Shown piece by piece: positions 20,762-30,659 of a DNA stretch of 64,000 nt. This DNA comes from an uncultured delta proteobacterium. GTDB lineage: Bacteria; Desulfobacterota; Desulfomonilia; Desulfomonilales; Desulfomonilaceae. The notes under the pieces were generated by a model that saw only the letters and a list, made by a program, of their open reading frames with translations, did not search any database and had not been told where the DNA came from. Every line of letters begins with the position of its first letter. The first letter of the stretch is position 1. The stretch lies in assembly GCA_963789265.1 (NCBI GenBank), contig CAWBKB010000005.1, positions 192,001-256,000 on the forward strand. The letters run 5' to 3'. A program made the position numbers and the translations under genes.

Positions 20762-22540
20762 CTATCGGCCACCCGAACCGAACTTGTGAATCTTGTTTAG
20801 CAGACCCTGTCTCGACAGCCCCAACTGCTTCGCCGCGAGACTTCTGTTGCCGGCGCAGCTTTCGAGCGCTTCCTGAAGCATGGATTTCTCCATCCTTTCA
20901 GTAGCTTCTTTTAGAGTGAGAGGATTGGAAGTCGCCTTATCTTCAATCATTTTTTCAACCGAATTTCTTATACGAGGCGAAAGACAGCGAACCGACAAGT
21001 TTCCTCCGTCGCCCGCAAGTATATGGGCACGTTCGATCTCATTTTCCAATTCTCTCACGTTCCCCGGCCAGGGATAACGAACCAACAATTCAAGGACGGT
21101 CGGATCTAGACCGCGGACGGGTTTGCCGGTCAGCACAGTCAATTTGTCCAGAAAATGTAGAGCCAGCAAAGGGATATCATCGGCACGTTCGCGCAAAGGC
21201 GGGATCACAATGGGAAATACATTCACTCTGTAAAACAAGTCTTCGCGAAACATGCCTTGCTGGATTCGTTCGTTCAGGTCTCGGTTAGTTGCGGCAATAA
21301 GGCGTACATCAACAATCTGGGACCTGTTTTCACCTACAGGCTTTATTTCCCCGGACTGAATAGCGCGAAGCAGCTTCACCTGCATGGAGGGGGAGGTCGC
21401 TTCGATTTCATCCAGGAAAAGTGTCCCGCGGTGGGCCGCCTTGAACACCCCTACATGATCGGCTACCGCGCCGGTGAAAGCGCCTTTCCTGTGCCCGAAC
21501 AGTTCACTCTCAATCAGCTCCGACGGGATCGCGGCGCAGTTCAAGCTTACGAGTGATTCATTTACTCTCGGGCTAAGCCGGTGGATCGCTCGGGCCACCA
21601 GCTCTTTTCCTGTTCCGGATTCACCCTGTATCAGGACCGTAGTTTCAGTGGGCGCAACCTTACGGATTAGAGATCGAACTTCCTGCATGCCTGCGGCGCT
21701 TCCGATAATCTCTTCCAGCAAGTCACTGTGGTGAAGAGCCTGCTTCAGACCGACGTTTTCTTGCCTCAGTAAAGAAGCACTCTGTCTGAGATGATCCCAT
21801 TCCAGCGCATGCTCCATTGATCTAGCAGCCTGGGATGCGAGAATTTCAAGTATTTCCAAATCAATAGAAGTGAAGACTCCGGCACGCTTATTAAGCACCT
21901 GGAATACCCCTATTACGGGTCCCCCTGGGACGCGCAACGGCACACAAAGGAGGTTCTTTGTTCTGAACCCTGTCTGAGGATCAACCGCCTTGTTAAAGCG
22001 AGGGTCTTTGTACGTGTCGACGATGTTCAGCGATTCGCCGTGCGTAAACACCCACCCGGCAATACCGGACTGCCAAGGTATACGGATCTGATCGTGCTTT
22101 AGCCCCACCCCGAGGTGCGAATACAGTTCCTTGGTTTGGTGATCCGCCAGAAATATGGTCGCGCGTTCCGCATTCATGACGGAAGGGGCTTCCCTTATGA
22201 GAAGCTCAATCAGTGAACTCATATTCGTTTCGCTGCTAATCAAAATCCCCATCTTGAACAGCAGCGATATCCGTTCCAGATAAGAGCCGAGAGGTTTGGC
22301 TGGTCTCGTGAAGCGCTTCGATCCCTCTTCCATTCCCAGGGCTTCTTTGAGTAAGGTTATGTCAACATGAATGGTGATCGCTTGGACGAGTTCCTCCACC
22401 GAGATCTTGCCTTTCGACAGGAGAATCTCTTGAGGGGACCTTCCTGTCTCCTTTGCCTCATTAATGGCCTTCGCATAATCGTCTTTGCCTATTCTTCCCG
22501 TTTCCAGGAGGAGTCGGCCGATGGAATGGAGATCAATCAC
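20762..22540 (-). CDS. Sigma-54 enhancer-binding protein: MshEN-like + GAF + AAA+ + Fis HTH
   Basis: GESGTGKE, ESELFGHRKGAFTGA, LFLDEI, FREDLFYR, WPGNVRELEN and HTH AAKQLGLSRQGL. GAF region: GIAGWVF..DPRFNKAVD.QTGFRTKNLLCVPL..QVLNK. Probable start GTG at 22540 (GGAGAG RBS); the alternative is ATG at 22564. Confidence 0.92.
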   Translation of the reverse strand: MIDLHSIGRLLLETGRIGKDDYAKAINEAKETGRSPQEILLSKGKISVEELVQAITIHVDITLLKEALGMEEGSKRFTRPAKPLGSYLERISLLFKMGILISSETNMSSLIELLIREAPSVMNAERATIFLADHQTKELYSHLGVGLKHDQIRIPWQSGIAGWVFTHGESLNIVDTYKDPRFNKAVDPQTGFRTKNLLCVPLRVPGGPVIGVFQVLNKRAGVFTSIDLEILEILASQAARSMEHALEWDHLRQSASLLRQENVGLKQALHHSDLLEEIIGSAAGMQEVRSLIRKVAPTETTVLIQGESGTGKELVARAIHRLSPRVNESLVSLNCAAIPSELIESELFGHRKGAFTGAVADHVGVFKAAHRGTLFLDEIEATSPSMQVKLLRAIQSGEIKPVGENRSQIVDVRLIAATNRDLNERIQQGMFREDLFYRVNVFPIVIPPLRERADDIPLLALHFLDKLTVLTGKPVRGLDPTVLELLVRYPWPGNVRELENEIERAHILAGDGGNLSVRCLSPRIRNSVEKMIEDKATSNPLTLKEATERMEKSMLQEALESCAGNRSLAAKQLGLSRQGLLNKIHKFGSGGR

Positions 22541-25500
22541 GAATACTCTCCCCGGTTTTGCCATACAGAGCTATCTCGCCGGTCTGACCGTGAATAATCA
22601 TTTTACTCCCCACCACCACGTCATGTTCGTTGAATCGCACTATTTCGGGCTTGCCCGAAAACTTGGCTATCTGCCGAACCTGACCCACATAAACCTTGTC
22701 CAAGGATTTGGAGATATCCGCCGCGTGCGCTCCTCTGCCACCTAGATGGCTTATGAGAGCGGTAGCCACCGGAAGCGAAAAGATCTCTTCCATTATCTCC
22801 TCGGGAATAGGATCGTTAACCACAAAAATGAATCCGTCCAGTTTATCATGTTCCGGGAGACGTTCGTTCATGGCATCTATAATGGACTGGGCCTTACTGA
22901 TGTGCTTGAAAGGGGCAATTTGATTCCGATCGGTAACCATGATCCCTCTGAAAATTTTGCCGGAAACTCCCGTACCCTGCGCAATCACATCGTAGCCCGA
23001 CGAACTGAGAGGCGGGACTCTCTCTTTGCGCTCTCTATCCTTGCGAATCTGCAGAATGAAAACTTTCCCTTTTTCTATGGTGTACTCAAGACGAGTGTCA
23101 AAATGCAGCCGCTCCGCGGTCCGGAAGAGTACGGAATGAAGTTGCTTCCAAGCGTCAGGCATTTGAGAGGCGAGTGATTCCTGGGCCTTCCAGAGGTCGT
23201 ACACGGGAATCGTTGCCACCTTGCCGTCTACAACGTCGGTCCCCTGATCGCCTTGTGCGAAATCACCCCGAAGATCCATAGTGAAGGGATTGTAAGACAC
23301 AACACCCGTTCCCGAGGAATTGAGTTCCATGTTCCCGTAGACCATACCCTGAACGATGACCGGAGTGCGCCAATTCCCATGGATACCCGCCGCTTCTCTG
23401 TATTTGCTCGCTGCTCTTCCGTCATAGGAATGCAGCACGACGATGGCACAATGGATGAGAATGTCCAGGAATTGTCCCTTGTCAAGCAGCTCCACCACTT
23501 TGGGGGCCAACTCCGCAACTCGCGCCTTGTAATCGAATGCAAGACTCTTCATCTGCTCAGCGCTCATGTGGGCTTTGCGCCTCACTTTAAAACGTTCTTT
23601 GCGCTCATCGATGATTCCCTGAAACTCGTCTCTCTCCAAACCAAATACTGACTGGCTGAATTCCTGCAAGAAACGCCGATAACAATCGTATGCGAACCAA
23701 GGCCCCACTTTGGCAGCCAAAACTTCGGCCGTTTCATCGTTGATCCCAACATTGGTAATAGTTGTCATCATACCGGGCATGCTGACACGGGCCCCGGACC
23801 TCACTGAAAAGAGTGCGGGATTGGACGGATCACCCAAAGATCGACCCCAGAGCTGCCCCAGCTTGGCCACAGCGCGGCCCAACCCTTGTCTGAAGTCGGG
23901 GTTTGTCAACATTTCTTTCGGTTCCAGCAGGGATTGGTCTGTGGTGATGACAAAGTAAGGGGGGGTGTTTTCCGCGAATCGCAGCAAGGACGCCTTCAAT
24001 CCTATCCTGCAAGGTGAAATGTCTTTGGGGTCCGGAAAGTAAAAAGGTACCGAACGTAAAGGCCCCGGCCCTTTGCGAACGACCCTCTTACTGGACTCAG
24101 CAAGGCGCTGATTGAGAAAAAGCTCTATCTTATCTATGAAGGTTTCCAGGACCCTCAGGTTTCCATCTCGTGCCTGAAGATCGGATACATAGAGTGTTTT
24201 CAGATAGTTCTTGAAGAAATCGGTGTCGGGGACCTCTTTCAGGGTGGTCAAGTTCTTGAGCTTGCGCGGCAGTTTCTCCATCGGGCAGAAGGAAAGGAAA
24301 TTGTCAAAAGGCTCCTCGAACGAGCTTCGATAACTGACATATATATCATCGACCTCTTTCTTGATGATGGTCACCAGATCTCGCACTTTGTCCAGAGTCA
24401 GGCCGAGATCGCCGGCGCGGCGCAAATCGCGACCGCCTTGTTCCAAATAGAAACTCGAATGCCCGTTTACGGAGACTCCGCGCACCAGGCAATCGAGAAA
24501 GACGAGCGCATCCGCAAGATTCTCCAATGTAATTGTATCAAAATGAGTATTGTTTACGCTCGTGGCAAGGGTCTCCTGGAGTCCTTCAAGCTGGAGATCT
24601 TTATTGAAAGCCTCGAAACGTTCCTCAATGTATGTGGCTTTTTGCGCGTACGCATGTCCTGCCTTTTTCGCTCGCAAGATAATAGGCGTGCCGGGTCGCT
24701 CCCTGTTTATGAGCTCCATTTCCCGGGCCGCGTCTTCAGTCCCCTCCGTTAGGGTCACCGGCGCTGAAAGAGGTTCTGAAATATCGGGAGTGAGGAATTT
24801 TTGCTTGGTCTCTCCCCGCTCCAGAATGATTTGATCGAGACGGTTGAGGCCTTCCTCAGCCGTGGCGCCGGAGGCGGATTGGAGGACTATAAAATACTTC
24901 GCATACAAACCCTTGGCCAGCTCAATGACGTCCAGGACCATACGCCGGGAGAATTCCGGCCACGTCGGGTCGGAACGGTAGGGCGCAGTATCGAGGAATG
25001 CAAGCTGCATCATGCCTTCTTTTTCGGAAGGGTCTATTTTCAGGTCATCGAAGATGCGGCGGCACAGATCTCGCATCCCCTGCTCTTCCGGCATCGAGCA
25101 CCACTTGTTCATCGGCAGGTACGGCATTGATTCGGAGGGCATCCATTCCGCGATGGCTTCCGGTCGTCCCTCAGAAAAATATTTGACTATTCCCCGGCAA
25201 AAATAGAAATTTTCGATGCTTCCGCGCCAATGTATATCCCCGCGAAGCTTTCCCAGAAAGTTGCCGATGGGCTTTACACCTCGATTTGCCAACTCTTTCG
25301 CAAGCCCCGCTGCCGTGAGCCTCAGAGTGTCGAGCGGCCCTATATCCTTAAAAGAGTATGGAATCGCCTTTATAAGCGTCCGGATAGGGAAGTGCATAAC
25401 AGACGAGTTGGCCTGTAATAGCCTGGAGATCCAATATTGGATGAGGTCCTCATCGCACAGGCGCGTTTGGCCGATTTCGATCTGAATAACAAGATATGGT

Positions 25501-27017
25501 ACGAGGCGATGCATGATCCGCGGATTCGAGGCAATGATGGAGATCAAACACTTTATGTGTTGTGCGTGAGCCCGGTTTGCCCCTGATTCCTCGGCCAAGA
25601 CGAGGGGCTCGCCCGTATCGTCATCCTCGATGGTATATTTCTTGTCCAAAGGCTGAATTATCGGCCGTTTCACAAAATGGTCGATAAGCTCTTGGGCCAT
25701 AAGGAAATACCCGGATTTACCGAGCGTGACACCCAGTGATTCCAGCGCGTTCAGCGAGGATATCACTTCGCCGGTGTCTTTTGACGAATACGCGCGCTCC
25801 AGAAAGACATTGGCAAATGTATTTACAAGGTTCCTGGATGCTTGCTTTCTGGTCTTCTCCAGTCTGACTACTATGCGGCAAAGCCCGTCGATGAACAGCT
25901 CTTTGACTTCCGGTTTATCCACTGCAATGATCTGAGCAGCCAAAATCTCTGCAAAGGCCTCTTGCAAGTCCATCGGAAGCTCATCAATCATTTCCTGGAA
26001 AGCCGAAAGAATTGCTCTCCATTCTTCCGCCAGATTCTTGATGAATGAAATGCCCTTTGTAATCTCGCCTTCGTCTATTTGACCCCGTCCATCCAATGCG
26101 CTTTGATAGGTTTGCCTGCGTTTCTCGATTTCTTCGGCCGAGTGGAGGTTGATCCTTTCCAGGATCTCTTTCCGGAAGCGTTCCTTGGATGCAAAATTCT
26201 CGACCTCCAAAGCGCTTTCCAACCTTTTCACGAGACCTTCGGGACAAGCGCGTATTTCTCCCAGAGCAGTGATCAATGCCTGAACCGCCAATCTGTCCAC
26301 GTGCGAAGTCAGAGCGAATTTGATCTCATCCGACCGCTTCTTCAGGGCTGACCCGATCTCGGAAACTTCCAGAACGCGTCGTTCAAAAGAGTTCAAGGAG
26401 GTGCGAAACGGCTCTTGAGCCAAGAAATCGATGACGGATTCCACGAACGGCTGGTACTGCTGAAATGTCTTATCATTGGCAGTATTCAGAATGCCGGCCA
26501 CCAGACGTGACAAGACGTGTTCTCCTTCAGACCGGGCAGCCGCATCAAACGGCTGACGCACCGCTGCAAACAAATAGCTGAAGAGGATCTCCATTACAGA
26601 GGGAAGGTGGTCGCCCAGCGACTCGTCATCTCTATCCAGCGAATATCGGGAGATCAATCGGACTACTTCCAACCAGTTGGGGATTTCGTACAGCGCTGAT
26701 ATGAGGTTTTCACGGATGGCAAGCCGCCGGCCTTCAAAGGAAGTGAGATAGACAAGCTCTTCCAAAGATTCACGCGAAAACCGGCTGAAGAGCGTAAGTC
26801 GCGAATCATATTGCCGCAAGGCGACCAGATAAGGGGAAGCCTCCTTACCCGTACGGTCGAGGATCATTAAGACTGTAGGGAGAGCCTCAACCGCGAGCGT
26901 CGTTTGATCCCCGAACTTGATGCCGGAAAGATTGATGACCTCGGCCATTCCGGCGATCTGGTACGGATTGAGCGGTTCGTGATCGCTGATCTGCCGTATG
27001 AGATTCCTGACTTCCAC
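22533..27017 (-). CDS. Atypical PPDK-family dikinase: ~1000-aa unknown N-terminal region + ATP-grasp + phospho-His domain, no pyruvate/PEP barrel
   Basis: Motifs SVRSGARVSMPGMM, FAYDCYRRF, VQGMVYGN..SGTGV, QGTDVVDG, EYTIEKGKVFILQIR and GGRGAHAA. The ORF ends right after IIHGQTGEI. Confidence 0.8.
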   Translation of the reverse strand: MEVRNLIRQISDHEPLNPYQIAGMAEVINLSGIKFGDQTTLAVEALPTVLMILDRTGKEASPYLVALRQYDSRLTLFSRFSRESLEELVYLTSFEGRRLAIRENLISALYEIPNWLEVVRLISRYSLDRDDESLGDHLPSVMEILFSYLFAAVRQPFDAAARSEGEHVLSRLVAGILNTANDKTFQQYQPFVESVIDFLAQEPFRTSLNSFERRVLEVSEIGSALKKRSDEIKFALTSHVDRLAVQALITALGEIRACPEGLVKRLESALEVENFASKERFRKEILERINLHSAEEIEKRRQTYQSALDGRGQIDEGEITKGISFIKNLAEEWRAILSAFQEMIDELPMDLQEAFAEILAAQIIAVDKPEVKELFIDGLCRIVVRLEKTRKQASRNLVNTFANVFLERAYSSKDTGEVISSLNALESLGVTLGKSGYFLMAQELIDHFVKRPIIQPLDKKYTIEDDDTGEPLVLAEESGANRAHAQHIKCLISIIASNPRIMHRLVPYLVIQIEIGQTRLCDEDLIQYWISRLLQANSSVMHFPIRTLIKAIPYSFKDIGPLDTLRLTAAGLAKELANRGVKPIGNFLGKLRGDIHWRGSIENFYFCRGIVKYFSEGRPEAIAEWMPSESMPYLPMNKWCSMPEEQGMRDLCRRIFDDLKIDPSEKEGMMQLAFLDTAPYRSDPTWPEFSRRMVLDVIELAKGLYAKYFIVLQSASGATAEEGLNRLDQIILERGETKQKFLTPDISEPLSAPVTLTEGTEDAAREMELINRERPGTPIILRAKKAGHAYAQKATYIEERFEAFNKDLQLEGLQETLATSVNNTHFDTITLENLADALVFLDCLVRGVSVNGHSSFYLEQGGRDLRRAGDLGLTLDKVRDLVTIIKKEVDDIYVSYRSSFEEPFDNFLSFCPMEKLPRKLKNLTTLKEVPDTDFFKNYLKTLYVSDLQARDGNLRVLETFIDKIELFLNQRLAESSKRVVRKGPGPLRSVPFYFPDPKDISPCRIGLKASLLRFAENTPPYFVITTDQSLLEPKEMLTNPDFRQGLGRAVAKLGQLWGRSLGDPSNPALFSVRSGARVSMPGMMTTITNVGINDETAEVLAAKVGPWFAYDCYRRFLQEFSQSVFGLERDEFQGIIDERKERFKVRRKAHMSAEQMKSLAFDYKARVAELAPKVVELLDKGQFLDILIHCAIVVLHSYDGRAASKYREAAGIHGNWRTPVIVQGMVYGNMELNSSGTGVVSYNPFTMDLRGDFAQGDQGTDVVDGKVATIPVYDLWKAQESLASQMPDAWKQLHSVLFRTAERLHFDTRLEYTIEKGKVFILQIRKDRERKERVPPLSSSGYDVIAQGTGVSGKIFRGIMVTDRNQIAPFKHISKAQSIIDAMNERLPEHDKLDGFIFVVNDPIPEEIMEEIFSLPVATALISHLGGRGAHAADISKSLDKVYVGQVRQIAKFSGKPEIVRFNEHDVVVGSKMIIHGQTGEIALYGKTGESIRD

Positions 27018-27203
27018 GGTGCTGTCCAGCGTGGTGAATTTTCGAATAACAAGCTTAAATCATTGCGATCACTATCGCAAGAAGTACGGATGGTCAGTAT
27101 GTGAAAGGCTTCACAAAGAAACTTTTATTGCGAGGGTCCTACTCCCATAGGCGATAACTGAAGTGCATTTCGTTACCTCTGAAGAGGTCCCAGGGCCATC
27201 AAA

Positions 27204-27291
27204 GTCCCCCTTTTATAAAGGGGGATTTAGGGGGATTTTCAATGGGTTATCTCAAAATCCCCCCTAGCCCCTCTTTATAAAAGGGGGGAAC
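27204..27291. repeat. REP-like inverted repeat TCCCCCTTTTATAAAGGGGGATTTAGGGGGATTTT...AAAATCCCCCCTAGCCCCTCTTTATAAAAGGGGGGAA
   Basis: Long imperfect inverted repeat with internal hairpins. Confidence 0.75.
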
Positions 27292-27312
27292 CCCGCGTCC
27301 CGCGGGGTTGAG

Positions 27313-28848
27313 TTAGCGCCTATGGGGTACTACTCCTGGTTCGGATCTTGTCTCCTGATATAAGAAACACAATTCTCGGCCCAAACTTGAGGTGAGTTTG
27401 ATTCTGTCGTAATTTATGGCCACATTGTTAAAATATTGGAGGATGAGCGAATCTCCCAATGAGGAGGATGGCTTGATCCCAACGAAGAAAAATCCGAGCT
27501 GTTCAAATTCACGGGTCATGTAATAGGTCAAAGGGTCTTCCAGGCTGCAATATAGCTGTATGACCTCAATATGCTGGAGGCAAAGCTCTTTGAGCCTTGC
27601 TTTCACTTCCAATAAGACGTCGGACCCGTACTCTTCAACGTCAATCCACCCGAATCCTGTAGGGCCGTAGTGAACTGTATTCAATCTTGAATGAGGCCCC
27701 GAAAATCGTGGCCCCGGGACGGACGGGGCTTCAAAGTCAGGCTCGACACCGATGTTGATATACAGCTTGCGAATGATTTCTTTATGATGCTCGGGCGCAT
27801 ATATGGGAAATAATTCAAGCTTTGTCATATATCTAAAACAAATCAGGTAAGTTTCACGCTGGGGAAGCGTTTCGGTAAGGCCCTTGAACGACAACGTCGC
27901 AGGGCCGAAACCAACAAGCAATCCGCAATCGTTAAAACCAAACCGATGAATGGCCTGCTGGGAATAAGTGTGGTTGGTTGCGGCCACGACGTAGAGCGCT
28001 CGCGTATTTTCGGATTTTGCTTTTGCGATAAGGTACTCTGTGAGCCGAGTGAGGCACCCCTGCCACCGAAACTCAGGTTTCACAACGGCAAAGCCAAGTT
28101 CTGCCACGTTTGAGCTGGAATCCCACCTGAGCAGCGCACAATGGCCTATTATTTCGCCATCTCGAGTGACTGCCACCACTGATAAAATTTCGCCTTTTTC
28201 GTTGAGTTCGACAATCCTATCCGGATAGTAAATCTGACGATAAGCAAAAGAGTATCCGTAAGCCTTGTAGAAGCACTTGGAAACTTCTATCGCTTCGCGC
28301 GGCTGCATCGGCCGGACTTCAAATTCTACCGTATTCGGCGGGAAAACACGGACTGACGCGGGCCCTTCGTAAGGTTCCAACTCGCAGACATTGTAATAGT
28401 CTTTGATGGTGCCTGTTTGTAGGTAATTGATCAGGTGCGTTTCTTTTCCTTCCAGACCCAGGTTGTGAAAAGAAACTTCATCCATGGCTTGCGTACCCGG
28501 AGAGAGAACACATTGGGGCCTGAACATGAGTTTGGCGTTCGATTCACACTCGGGCGGCACAATCTCGGCAGACTGAAGCGGGAGGCCCTTGTCTTTGATG
28601 ACGATTTTGAGCCCCATGAGGACTCTTTCGCAACTTATATCAAGAGTGGCTCGCTCATTCGGTTCGAATGCCTTCTCGATGACTTTTGAGACTACATCCT
28701 CGACTCCACTAGCAATATCTCGGCAGGTTGTTTCGTCGAAACCGAAACTTTGAGCCACATTTCGAATGTAAGCGCCGACTACACCAAGATAGGAAGCATC
28801 GGTGGGGATAGTAAGCTTTGAGTATTGGCATGGTTCTGTAGTGCTCAT
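27313..28848 (-). CDS. RsbW-like HATPase domain fused to GNAT N-acetyltransferase
   Basis: N-terminus has LTIPTDASYLGVV, VIEKAF, IVIKDKGLP and AMDEVSF. The GNAT part has IIGHCAL, AELGFAVVKPEFRWQG and HTYSQQ. The true C-terminus may be CSYIRRQDPNQE* (stop at 27330) if one T near 27366 is an error. Confidence 0.78.
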   Translation of the reverse strand: MSTTEPCQYSKLTIPTDASYLGVVGAYIRNVAQSFGFDETTCRDIASGVEDVVSKVIEKAFEPNERATLDISCERVLMGLKIVIKDKGLPLQSAEIVPPECESNAKLMFRPQCVLSPGTQAMDEVSFHNLGLEGKETHLINYLQTGTIKDYYNVCELEPYEGPASVRVFPPNTVEFEVRPMQPREAIEVSKCFYKAYGYSFAYRQIYYPDRIVELNEKGEILSVVAVTRDGEIIGHCALLRWDSSSNVAELGFAVVKPEFRWQGCLTRLTEYLIAKAKSENTRALYVVAATNHTYSQQAIHRFGFNDCGLLVGFGPATLSFKGLTETLPQRETYLICFRYMTKLELFPIYAPEHHKEIIRKLYINIGVEPDFEAPSVPGPRFSGPHSRLNTVHYGPTGFGWIDVEEYGSDVLLEVKARLKELCLQHIEVIQLYCSLEDPLTYYMTREFEQLGFFFVGIKPSSSLGDSLILQYFNNVAINYDRIKLTSSLGRELCFLYQETRSEPGVVPHRR

Positions 28849-29092
28849 AACGACTTCACTCTAAGAGTTGGGCGAGATCAGGTCAAGTAAAGGTTTTGAC
28901 AGATTCCGTTGGGGCTTATTAAAGAGATTCTCGAAACTAGTCACGGGACGAGAAAATGATGTGGTGGGGACAGGTTGTCCTGCCTCGAGGGACCGTCCCC
29001 CCAATCTGAATTAGGTGAGAACACGCATCACGTGTGACGACAATTTTCGAAAATCAGCATAGAGGACTACAATCGTGGTTGGAGGCTTGCGG

Positions 29093-29164
<72 letters not shown>

Positions 29165-29419
29165 AAACACAACCTTTATTGGCTGTCTTGCGTCTCAAAA
29201 GACGGAATTTGGGGGAGCCCATATAAACGTTCAAAAAAAGAAAACTCTCTGCGTTCTCCACGGTGAGGCTTTACTTCATCTCTTTTGACTAATTTCTGTG
29301 ATGCTGCTACCTTACTGCAACAACTCCCTTGTGCTTTCTGCGGCTGTGGCCCGGCCGGGTCAGCCGGCAGATTGATCGATAACAGCCGCCATAAAATTCA
29401 AGTGGATTCGGGGACGATT

Positions 29420-30532
29420 ATGGTCATAGGAGTTCCTAAAGAAATCAAAGAAGACGAGTATCGGGTGGGCATCATTCCCCACGGGGTACGCGACCTTACC
29501 GAACATGGCCATACCGTACTGATCGAACAGGGTGCAGGCGAAGGTTGCAGGATTTCCGATCAGGAATTCGCGGCCGCGGGTGCTCGGATTATCCTCGACA
29601 AGGCCGAGGTCTACAGCCGAGCCGACATGATTATTAAGGTGAAGGAGCCTCTGAAGCAAGAGTACAACTTGTTCCACGAAGGCCAGATTCTGTACGCCTA
29701 TCTTCATCTCGCGCCTGCTCCGGAGCTTACCGCGGCCCTTCTTGACCGAAAAGTCATCGCGGTTGCGTATGAGACGATCCAACTGGATGACGGAACCTTG
29801 CCCTTGTTAGTACCTATGAGCGAGGTAGCCGGCCGCATGGCCGTACAGATCGGAGCGCATTTTCTGGAAAAGACCCAGGGAGGGAGAGGCGTGCTGTTGG
29901 GTGGCGTGCCTGGGGTCGGTCGCGGTCGAGTAACCATAATAGGCGGGGGAACTGTAGGCCGGGCCGCGACAAAAATTGCTGTCGGATTTGGCGCGGATGT
30001 CCATGTTCTGGATGTGGACCAGCAGCGTTTGATATACTTGGACGATATCTACGGGAATCAAGTGACTCTTCTGATCTCGAACTACGAAAACATCCTGCGA
30101 GCTGTGATAAAATCCCACGTTGTGATCGGGTCGGTTCTCATTCCGGGAGCCAGGGCGCCCCGACTTATAACCCGCGACATGGTCGGAGCTATGAAAGCGG
30201 GAAGCGTAATCGTAGATGTATCTATAGATCAGGGTGGATCCTGCGAGACCTCCAAACCTACAACTCACCAGCACCCCACGTTTGTAGTAGATGAGGTGCT
30301 GCATTACTGCGTTCCTAATATGCCGGGCGTGGTGTCTCGAACTTCGACGTTTGCGCTAACAAATATCACTCTGCCTTATGCATTAAAGTTGGCGGACCAA
30401 GGGATTGACGGAGCAGTCGCGGATGATCGTGTTTTGGCCAAGGGAGTCAACCTTTACCGGGGCGCGGTGACCTACGCTAATGTGGCAGCCGCTTTGGGGT
30501 ACTCGTATACTCCACTGCGAGAAGTTATTTAG
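29420..30532 (+). CDS. ald: Alanine dehydrogenase
   Basis: Motifs MVIGVPKEIK..EYRV, KVKEP, YLHLA, PLLVPMSEVAGRMA, IDQGG and HYCVPNMPG. Confidence 0.96.
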   Translation: MVIGVPKEIKEDEYRVGIIPHGVRDLTEHGHTVLIEQGAGEGCRISDQEFAAAGARIILDKAEVYSRADMIIKVKEPLKQEYNLFHEGQILYAYLHLAPAPELTAALLDRKVIAVAYETIQLDDGTLPLLVPMSEVAGRMAVQIGAHFLEKTQGGRGVLLGGVPGVGRGRVTIIGGGTVGRAATKIAVGFGADVHVLDVDQQRLIYLDDIYGNQVTLLISNYENILRAVIKSHVVIGSVLIPGARAPRLITRDMVGAMKAGSVIVDVSIDQGGSCETSKPTTHQHPTFVVDEVLHYCVPNMPGVVSRTSTFALTNITLPYALKLADQGIDGAVADDRVLAKGVNLYRGAVTYANVAAALGYSYTPLREVI

Positions 30533-30659
30533 TATGAACAATCAATGGCCTGGAAAGCGATTTTTTGGCGGGGGATACCTAGTGTGTGGACGTCTCGTGT
30601 TAATGACACCGGGAAACGACTTGGCGGAACGGTTCGGGCTTGAAGAGGAGCCTGTTCTG

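Noticed and set aside
22533..24020. Calling the large ORF a canonical ppdK
   Set aside because: The PEP/pyruvate-binding barrel and the TSH motif are missing, so the gene symbol is withheld.
27040..27063. In-frame TGA upstream of the dikinase GTG as a possible selenocysteine codon, given selB in the window
   Set aside because: There is no redox-motif context or evident SECIS; a one-base indel after the ATG at 27063 is a simpler explanation. No convincing Sec codon was noticed elsewhere.
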